64,000 bases of DNA from IMG/VR virus record IMGVR_UViG_3300044695_005756, positions 30,519 to 94,518 of that record; one strand, written 5' to 3'. This stretch comes from a virus. Under the pieces are notes generated by a model. It searched no databases and was not told where the DNA came from. It saw only the letters and a list, made by a program, of their open reading frames with translations. A program made the position numbers and the translations under genes. The first letter of the stretch is position 1, and every line of letters starts with the position of its first letter. This document shows positions 58,293-64,000 of this stretch, one piece after another.

Positions 58293-58386
58293 TTTACATG
58301 TTGTCCTAGAATTGCACCCTTGAATAGAAACAAGAATGCAACTCGTAAGTGAAATTTAAACTTGCGATAGTAGTAACCGCGTATCG

Positions 58387-59460
58387 TCATTTAGAAACTC
58401 TCAATAGTATTGTATCAGTATTGATTCGACCTGTCAACGGTTTTTCTGCGGCACGAATGTCGTTCAATACATTTCGTAATGCAACTTTACCTGCTTTCAA
58501 TACCTCATGCACCGTTACCTCAGGTTTTCGTAATGTTTTACTTACCGATTTACTTTCGGCATAGTTTTGTATCGTAGAACCTTTGATATTCAATCCCGAT
58601 GCATCAAGTGCATGATATACACCAAGTTTGCGTGTTTTGATATTGTACACCCACAATGATGTTGCGCCGATAATCGTTTTTGGATCAACTGAGGTAATTT
58701 TCAAATCAGCAAAGTCTTTTGCGTAGTTCAATTTGGCAATCAATTGATCTGCCGACTTCGTTTTGCGTTTGCGTGGCTTGCGCGTTTTAATTGCTTCACC
58801 AGCAAGTTTCATTCCGTCAACAATAACTTGATCACAGTATGATATCAATTTTTTAAGTTGTGATTTTGTAAAGTTGGAATATGCTTCTTTGATATCAGAA
58901 TCATCCGTTGTCAAAACATTATCGTACTCAACTCGGCGTGTTTTGAAATGTTCAATTATGAACTTAGTATGTGCATTTTTGACATCCATTCCAGTCATCG
59001 TTGCATAAGGTGAAACATTTGCTTTAAATTCCGATATTATCAAGTCATCAATCTGACCTTCCAGTTCCCCGATACACTCACTTGCTTTTCTTTTAATGTG
59101 ATCTTGAATTGATACGACACTAGAGGTCGTGGTTGTCTGTTTGACAACACTTGTTGATTGCTTGAGTTTGTCGATTGTTTCATTGAACCATTTAGCGTTA
59201 GAATCGTTCAGAATGCCGCCTAAGCTTACAATTCGGCAGATGAACCCAAATGTACTGACTTGGGATTTTAATGCGTCTGGAGCTTGGATTTTGAGTTTCT
59301 TTTTAAAGTATTCTACCGCATATTTTGTTGCATCTTTATTATCGCGGTTTTGAGCATACCAACTCAACGCTTGAGTTAGTTGCGTTTGTGACAACTCACC
59401 TGAAAACTTAGGTTCTTTGTTGTTTGATAAGATTGCTTTAATGTCAATTGATTTACTCAT
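58387..59460 (-). CDS. Conserved T4-like hypothetical protein (357 aa)
   Basis: LWVYN.KTRKLG.Y, KTLRKP and GRIN.DTILL motifs; upstream of rnh. Confidence 0.75.
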   Translation of the reverse strand: MSKSIDIKAILSNNKEPKFSGELSQTQLTQALSWYAQNRDNKDATKYAVEYFKKKLKIQAPDALKSQVSTFGFICRIVSLGGILNDSNAKWFNETIDKLKQSTSVVKQTTTTSSVVSIQDHIKRKASECIGELEGQIDDLIISEFKANVSPYATMTGMDVKNAHTKFIIEHFKTRRVEYDNVLTTDDSDIKEAYSNFTKSQLKKLISYCDQVIVDGMKLAGEAIKTRKPRKRKTKSADQLIAKLNYAKDFADLKITSVDPKTIIGATSLWVYNIKTRKLGVYHALDASGLNIKGSTIQNYAESKSVSKTLRKPEVTVHEVLKAGKVALRNVLNDIRAAEKPLTGRINTDTILLRVSK

Positions 59461-59494
59461 AATGTCTCCACCATGTATTTATTCACTAAATTGC

Positions 59495-59524
59495 AGTATA
59501 GCATAAATATACCGTGATTGTCAA
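59495..59524 (-). promoter_or_regulatory. Sigma70-type promoter TTGACA-N18-TATACT, overlapping a plus-strand late promoter ATAAATA (59503-59509)
   Basis: Consensus hexamers in a divergent intergenic region. Confidence 0.7.
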
Positions 59525-59581
59525 GATTGTCTTTTTTGAATCAAAGTATGTTTCTTCCATGAAAGGTTACGAAAAAGACAA

Positions 59582-60376
59582 ATGGATCCGTTTACACTTT
59601 TTGCCTTGGCAAATGGTGCAGTCCAAGCGGTAAAAAAAGGCTGTGAGTTATACAAAGAAATTGCAAGTGCCGCTGGTGATGTAAAAGGTGTTTTATCTGA
59701 TTTAGAAGAACAATTCAATTCTCGTCATAAAGACAAGCCTCCTACTGTTGCTGAGAAAAATCAGTACATAGCAGAAAAAAACCGCGTAATTGAACTAAGC
59801 AAAAAACAACCCAATGATATCTACACTCAGATAGGTGAGGAACTGGGCGTTTACTTTGAAAACTATGCAAAATGTTCTGCTATTTTTGAAGAGGAAGCAA
59901 AACATGATAACGAAGTCTACACAGGAGAAACTAGTTTAGGCAAAAGAGCATTGCAGCGTGTTCTTATGGAAAGCAGATTGGCTGCCATGGAAGCAGAACT
60001 TCGTGAACTTATGGTTTACAACTGCCCTCCAGAATTAGGTGATCTGTATACCCGCGTATACGCTATGATGGAAAAAATGAAAAAGCAACAAGCGTCTGCA
60101 TGGTCTAGAAAAAAAGAAGATGATAGAATTTCCGCAATTAAAAAAAGAAAAAGAATAAACCACATAAAATGCAACGCATGGAAATATGGGCTGACTTTTA
60201 TATTTACCGTTTACATGGTATGGCTAATATGGGCAGTTGTACAAATAAGAATTGAAAATCATCCTGAATTAGGAGACTGTCTCATACCAAAAGGCACATG
60301 GCCTTACGAACATTATAGCAATTTGAAATGGGTTGACTGTGAAATACGAAAACCTTACGATGATGCTGAAACTTGA
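59582..60376 (+). CDS. Hypothetical membrane-anchored helical protein (264 aa)
   Basis: MDPFTLFALA N-terminus, coiled coil, one C-terminal TM helix. Confidence 0.7.
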   Translation: MDPFTLFALANGAVQAVKKGCELYKEIASAAGDVKGVLSDLEEQFNSRHKDKPPTVAEKNQYIAEKNRVIELSKKQPNDIYTQIGEELGVYFENYAKCSAIFEEEAKHDNEVYTGETSLGKRALQRVLMESRLAAMEAELRELMVYNCPPELGDLYTRVYAMMEKMKKQQASAWSRKKEDDRISAIKKRKRINHIKCNAWKYGLTFIFTVYMVWLIWAVVQIRIENHPELGDCLIPKGTWPYEHYSNLKWVDCEIRKPYDDAET

Positions 60377-60551
60377 GTTTATTGATGGTGAACTATTTTA
60401 CTTTGTTTTTACGAACAAAGGTAATAATCTAATTCTCATGACAAGAGATAGTAGGCTAGCAACTCAAACCAATGCTGCATTAAAAAACAAAAAAGATGAT
60501 TCTTACTTTAGAATCAATGCGGTGCGTGATAGAAAAAAAGCGGCTTGGTAG
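60360..60551 (+). CDS. Small hypothetical protein
   Basis: Overlaps the upstream stop; ends inside the terminator. Confidence 0.45.
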   Translation: MMLKLEFIDGELFYFVFTNKGNNLILMTRDSRLATQTNAALKNKKDDSYFRINAVRDRKKAAW

Positions 60552-60565
60552 CCGCTTTTATTTTT
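60533..60565. terminator. Bidirectional Rho-independent terminator
   Basis: AAAAAAGCGGCT-TGGT-AGCCGCTTTTATTTTT between convergent genes. Confidence 0.85.
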
Positions 60566-60570
60566 ACTAA

Positions 60571-60645
60571 TTAACGATTTGCAATATACATTGTGATTTC
60601 AAAACCGAAACGCATATCTTGTGCTGATGGTGTAGTCCACTTCAT
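60571..60645 (-). CDS. pqqA: Pyrroloquinoline quinone precursor peptide PqqA (24 aa)
   Basis: MKWTTPSAQDMRFGFEITMYIANR*: W-x-x-P, D-x-R-x-G-F-E-x-x-x-Y signature; AAGGAG RBS; followed by a terminator; not in the ORF track. Confidence 0.93.
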   Translation of the reverse strand: MKWTTPSAQDMRFGFEITMYIANR

Positions 60646-60659
60646 TTTTTTCTCCTTAG

Positions 60660-61094
60660 TTAGTTATTTTCTGCTAAATGTTTGTCCAACGCTTTTTGAT
60701 AACGATTAGCATGTGACCGTTCTGCTTTCGCAAGTGTCTCAAACCAATCTGCTACTTCATCAAAACCTTCATCGCGGGCAATTTTTGCCATACCAGGATA
60801 CATGTCAGAATATTCGTGTGTTTCACCATGAATTGCTGCTTCTAACATTTCTCTAGCAGACTTTGCTGGCATATTTGTGCCTGGCTCACCCGCACCGCCT
60901 TCAATGAGATATTCCATGTGACCGTGTGCATGTCCTGTTTCGCCTTCAGCAGTAGAACGGAATAATGCAGCAAGATCGTTTTCACCTGCGATATCACATT
61001 GATTTGCGAAATACAGATAACGACGGTTTGCCATAGATTCTCCAGCAAAAGCTTCTTTCAAGCATTCTGCGGTTTTTGTACCCTTCAAACTCAT
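60660..61094 (-). CDS. rbr: Rubrerythrin (short, ferritin-like di-iron domain only)
   Basis: [58 protein letters not shown] motifs. Confidence 0.92.
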   Translation of the reverse strand: MSLKGTKTAECLKEAFAGESMANRRYLYFANQCDIAGENDLAALFRSTAEGETGHAHGHMEYLIEGGAGEPGTNMPAKSAREMLEAAIHGETHEYSDMYPGMAKIARDEGFDEVADWFETLAKAERSHANRYQKALDKHLAENN

Positions 61095-61137
61095 AACATC
61101 TCCTATAAAATGATAACTTCTTATTTACACAAAGCCA

Positions 61138-61329
61138 CTACTCTTTTTTCTCAGTATTTTCTTGATTTTTATCTAATTTTTTCAGCGTCCATGAACCATC
61201 ACCATTATCTGACCAATCAATAACATCACCTTCTTTCCAGCCAGCTTCTTGTAATACTTCATCAGGAAATTCAATAAAGTATTCGCCGTCTTCGTGTTGT
61301 TGTACTTCTAAGGTCCAAGTTTTTGACAT
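61138..61329 (-). CDS. AbrB/MazE-like small protein
   Basis: IEFPDEVL...GWKEGD.I.W; start MSKTW downstream of tRNA-Gly. Confidence 0.65.
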   Translation of the reverse strand: MSKTWTLEVQQHEDGEYFIEFPDEVLQEAGWKEGDVIDWSDNGDGSWTLKKLDKNQENTEKKE

Positions 61330-61342
61330 AATAAAAAAAATG

Positions 61343-61416
61343 TGGAGCGGGATATCAGAATCGAACTGATAACAGGAGCTTGGAAGGCTCACGTTTTACC
61401 ATTAAACTAATCCCGC
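61343..61416 (-). tRNA. tRNA-Gly(TCC)
   Basis: GCGGGAT acceptor, loop CTTCCAA, TTCGATT T-loop, encoded CCA. Confidence 0.92.
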
Positions 61417-61423
61417 GTTTGAT

Positions 61424-61720
61424 TTACTTGATAAGGATTTCTTTGCGTTCTACATCTTCACCTGATGGATGATGATATGCAATATATCCATCTTTGTCTT
61501 TGTATGTTACGCCAGCCCAAAAATAATCTTTGTCTTTGAAGTATGCAATTCGTTCATCGGTGTATTCATTGATATCAACTTTCATGCATCCGAGCCATTC
61601 TTGCCAATTGTCATCAGCATACTCAGAAATTTTTACTGCTTCTTCTTCAGAATCGGCTTCAATGACATAAACATTTCGAAAAACGGACAATTGTTCAACA
61701 ATATACTTAGGCATTTTCAC
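61424..61720 (-). CDS. Hypothetical protein
   Basis: YVIEADSEEEA motif; operon context. Confidence 0.6.
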   Translation of the reverse strand: MKMPKYIVEQLSVFRNVYVIEADSEEEAVKISEYADDNWQEWLGCMKVDINEYTDERIAYFKDKDYFWAGVTYKDKDGYIAYHHPSGEDVERKEILIK

Positions 61721-62000
61721 TCCCCAATGAAAAATGAACTTCTTTAATTGAATCCCAACGAAAAGAACGCCAACCTTCTTTTTCTAAATCATAAACTGCA
61801 AGAGTTTCATCATTTTTCGGTCTATCTGAGCCTACAGTTTCAGGAAGAAATTTTTCCATCAATGTACATTTCATTGTACGTTCAGTTCCGTCTTTTTTTG
61901 TGAAAATCACTTCAACTGGAGACTGTTCTAAAAGACCAATCAGCCATTCACGACCAATTCTTGCATCTTCTGTATTACCTGAAAAAACATTTGGATTCAT
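61707..62000 (-). CDS. WYL-like/SH3-fold small protein conserved in T4-like phages
   Basis: V.FTKKDGTERTMKCTL...VYDLEKEGWRSFR motif. Confidence 0.75.
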   Translation of the reverse strand: MNPNVFSGNTEDARIGREWLIGLLEQSPVEVIFTKKDGTERTMKCTLMEKFLPETVGSDRPKNDETLAVYDLEKEGWRSFRWDSIKEVHFSLGSENA

Positions 62001-62003
62001 AAT

Positions 62004-62438
62004 TTACTCCGCTAAAGATTTTAACGCTTCATTGACTTTTTTCTTGAATGTACCATTTGTAATGAAATCAAGATACTCAGTCCACCAATTATCTGACTGC
62101 TCAGTCTTTTTGACGATACAACCTGATATTCCTGAACCCACTAGATTTTTTATATACACTAAAGGATCAACTAAAATGGCTTCAAACGCATCTTCAAACT
62201 CAGGCATACCTTCTTCGTTCTCTTTAAAAAATGCCATATGATATTTGTAGCCCATTTCAGACTTTTCAATCGGTTCCGCTTGTGTCCATTCTTCTTTAAA
62301 GTTAAAAAACGCTAATTTATAGTTTTCCTCAAAGTCATCATAGTCAGGAACAAAGTAAAAACCATCAAATTTACTCATTTCATCGCCGTTTACACTTTCG
62401 GCTTCAGCTTTTTGCAACTTTTCATCAGAAGAAGGCAT
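62004..62438 (-). CDS. Hypothetical acidic protein
   Basis: ORF in operon; start may be internal (MSKFDG). Confidence 0.55.
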   Translation of the reverse strand: MPSSDEKLQKAEAESVNGDEMSKFDGFYFVPDYDDFEENYKLAFFNFKEEWTQAEPIEKSEMGYKYHMAFFKENEEGMPEFEDAFEAILVDPLVYIKNLVGSGISGCIVKKTEQSDNWWTEYLDFITNGTFKKKVNEALKSLAE

Positions 62439-62586
62439 AGTTTTTCCGTAAATTTTGTTTTTCGGCTGCTCGACTGTAAAAATTTATCGCAGAATGTTCA
62501 ATTTTCATCCGATATTTCGGTGTGAATAAGTCTTTTGCGACAAAATTTCGCGGCTTTTGCAATTTTTTCGTGTTTTTCGTACTCAT
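62425..62586 (-). CDS. Small basic hypothetical protein (KPRNFVAKDL motif)
   Basis: Start MSTKNTKK right after a promoter. Confidence 0.55.
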   Translation of the reverse strand: MSTKNTKKLQKPRNFVAKDLFTPKYRMKIEHSAINFYSRAAEKQNLRKNYAFF

Positions 62587-62596
62587 GATAGACTCT

Positions 62597-62625
62597 ATTA
62601 TGTCAGAAAACTCAAATTTTGTCAA
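62597..62625 (-). promoter_or_regulatory. Sigma70-type promoter TTGACA-N17-CATAAT
   Basis: Near-consensus hexamers. Confidence 0.65.
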
Positions 62626-62631
62626 TTATAA

Positions 62632-62723
62632 TGGCGGTAAGTGTGGGATTTGAACCCACGGAACGTATTTCTACGCTCGACGGTTTAGCAAACCGCTGAT
62701 TTAAGCCTCTCATCCAACTTACC
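62632..62723 (-). tRNA. tRNA-Ser(GCT)
   Basis: Loop TTGCTAA, long variable arm, G73, CCA. Confidence 0.92.
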
Positions 62724-63123
62724 GTGTCTGATCCGCAAGTTTTTTGTAACCTTTTCCAGTAGGATGTACACCATCCGCACTAATATCACTCTCTGGTCGA
62801 GAAATTACTACATCTCCAAACTCTGCTGCGACTTGTTTTACTGCTTCTACTTGTTTTGGCTTCAATTTTTGACTCGGTAAAAGCCAAAAAACTTTTTGTG
62901 CTTGTGCATTTGTTCGTAATGACCGAATATTTCCTTCTGTGTTGATACCTAAATCATTTGCACCAAGACTGATAATCAAAGTTTTTGTCGGTTGTAGTTT
63001 ATTCATATAGATTTTATTCCAATTATGTGAATTGATACCACTCTTCACATATGCAACACACTCCCTACGAACTTGACTCACACCAACACCGATGCTATCA
63101 CCAACAATTAAACATTCTAACAT
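62719..63123 (-). CDS. SGNH/GDSL hydrolase family protein
   Basis: GDS, GAND and DGVHP blocks. Confidence 0.85.
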   Translation of the reverse strand: MLECLIVGDSIGVGVSQVRRECVAYVKSGINSHNWNKIYMNKLQPTKTLIISLGANDLGINTEGNIRSLRTNAQAQKVFWLLPSQKLKPKQVEAVKQVAAEFGDVVISRPESDISADGVHPTGKGYKKLADQTR

Positions 63124-63138
63124 AATTTTTCCTTTAAA

Positions 63139-63226
63139 TGGCGGAAGCGGTGAGATTCGAACTCACGGATCATTTCTGATCGGCAGTTTTCAAGACTGCT
63201 GATTTAAACCACTCATCCACACTTCC
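63139..63226 (-). tRNA. tRNA-Ser(TGA)
   Basis: Loop CTTGAAA, long variable arm, CCA. Confidence 0.92.
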
Positions 63227-63231
63227 CTAAC

Positions 63232-63309
63232 TGGAGCAACGGGTCGGATTTGAACCGACGGTTTTAGAGTTTTGCAGACTCTTGCATTGGGCCACTCTGC
63301 CACCGTTGC
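63232..63309 (-). tRNA. tRNA-Cys(GCA)
   Basis: Loop CTGCAAA, U73, CCA. Confidence 0.9.
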
Positions 63310-63314
63310 ATAAT

Positions 63315-63389
63315 TGGTGCATCGTGATGGATTCGAACCACCGACAACCTGCTTGTAAGGCAGGGATTCTACCGCTGAACTAACGATGC
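63315..63389 (-). tRNA. tRNA-Val(TAC)
   Basis: Loop CTTACAA, A73, CCA. Confidence 0.9.
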
Positions 63390-63413
63390 ACAGCCTCACA
63401 CGCGATACTTATA

Positions 63414-63489
63414 TGGTGCGCTAGGAGAGATTCGAACTCTCAAAATTTGGTTTCTAAGACCAACACGTATACCGTTCCGTCACCAGCGC
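63414..63489 (-). tRNA. tRNA-Leu(TAG), short variable loop
   Basis: TTGGT-CTTAGAA-ACCAA anticodon arm, A73, CCA. Confidence 0.85.
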
Positions 63490-63490
63490 A

Positions 63491-63565
63491 TGGTAGTAGT
63501 GGTAAGATTCGAACTTACACCTGACACCGTATGAAGGTGGCGCACTACCGTTATGCTACACTACC
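63491..63565 (-). tRNA. tRNA-Met or Ile2 (CAT)
   Basis: Loop TTCATAC; lacks the initiator GGG/CCC stem; CCA. Confidence 0.8.
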
Positions 63566-63567
63566 AT

Positions 63568-63641
63568 TGGTTGTCCCGACAAGAATTGAACTTGTAATGG
63601 TCGATTATCAATCGACAGTTATACCATTTAACTACAGGACA
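63568..63641 (-). tRNA. tRNA-Ile(GAT)
   Basis: GTCGA-TTGATAA-TCGAC arm, CCA. Confidence 0.9.
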
Positions 63642-63645
63642 AAAT

Positions 63646-63720
63646 TGGGGTGTCTAACGGGTACCGACCCCGTACCTACTCTTTCACAGAGAGTAATGCT
63701 ACCACTACACCATAGACACC
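63646..63720 (-). tRNA. tRNA-His(GTG) with encoded G-1
   Basis: Loop CTGTGAA, G-1:C73 pair, atypical T-loop GTCGGTA. Confidence 0.85.
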
Positions 63721-63722
63721 AT

Positions 63723-63796
63723 TGGCCTCGGTGGAGAGAATCGAACTCCCACATACGGTTTTGGAGACCGTGGTTCTGCCATTAAACTACACCGAG
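63723..63796 (-). tRNA. tRNA-Trp(CCA)
   Basis: Loop CTCCAAA, G73, CCA. Confidence 0.9.
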
Positions 63797-63801
63797 AAAC
63801 T

Positions 63802-63877
63802 TGGAGCGGATAGCCAGGCTCGAACTGGCGACATTTTGCTTGGCAAGCAAACATTCTACCAACTGAATTATATCCGC
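63802..63877 (-). tRNA. tRNA-Gly(GCC)
   Basis: GCGGATA acceptor, loop TTGCCAA, U73, CCA. Confidence 0.92.
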
Positions 63878-63884
63878 ATTACCT

Positions 63885-64000
63885 CTAAGCAGCAATAGAC
63901 TTAAATCTATCGGCTGCGTAACTTGCTGCAAATGCTTTTGGTTTAATCAGTGGCACAACATTACATGTACCACGAATGTAACCAATCGCTTCGTTTACTA
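63885..64000 (-). CDS. C-terminal fragment of a hypothetical protein (...KAFAASYAADRFKSIAA*)
   Basis: Open frame from the window edge to TAG at 63885. Confidence 0.5.
   Translation of the reverse strand, partial: VNEAIGYIRGTCNVVPLIKPKAFAASYAADRFKSIAA

Noticed and set aside
63190-63785. ORFs 63190..63399 and 63531..63785
   Set aside because: They are spurious frames across tRNA genes.
1-64000. Stop-codon reassignment or self-splicing introns/inteins
   Set aside because: Core genes are full length in the standard code, no suppressor tRNA was found, and no split genes or intein motifs were noticed.

Overview
This window is a 64-kb slice of a large AT-rich T4-like myovirus genome with cyanophage/pelagiphage-style gene order, most likely infecting an aquatic proteobacterium. 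The host inference rests on the pqqA and rubrerythrin genes, which look betaproteobacterial. Positions 1-35 kb (minus strand) hold three giant beta-propeller repeat paralogs, three Asn/His heptad-repeat fibre proteins, a VrlC-like protein and the baseplate genes gp8, gp7, gp6, gp25, PAAR, gp5, gp27-like, gp53 and gp48. Positions 35-42.6 kb (plus strand) hold gp4, gp2, gp54-like, gp26, gp51 and two tape-measure-like genes, the second with an amidase domain. Positions 42.7-64 kb (mostly minus strand) hold gp32, gp59, gp33, a SleB hydrolase, an exonuclease, a 2OG-Fe(II) oxygenase, DenV-like, ClpP, a nucleotide-sugar cassette, RNase H, rubrerythrin and 10 tRNAs. Four features are missed or unexplained by the ORF track: (1) a circularly permuted two-piece tmRNA gene with tag ANDAFYGEERLAA; (2) a 24-aa PQQ precursor peptide gene, pqqA; (3) a T-TTT-TTC -1 slippery site that would fuse gp26 to gp51 directly upstream of the tape-measure-like genes; (4) three tandem paralogs carrying exactly 7, 14 and 21 propeller blades inserted at the same point of a shared N-terminal domain, with patchwork DNA identity between them. 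All calls come from motif recognition by eye; no searches were run.
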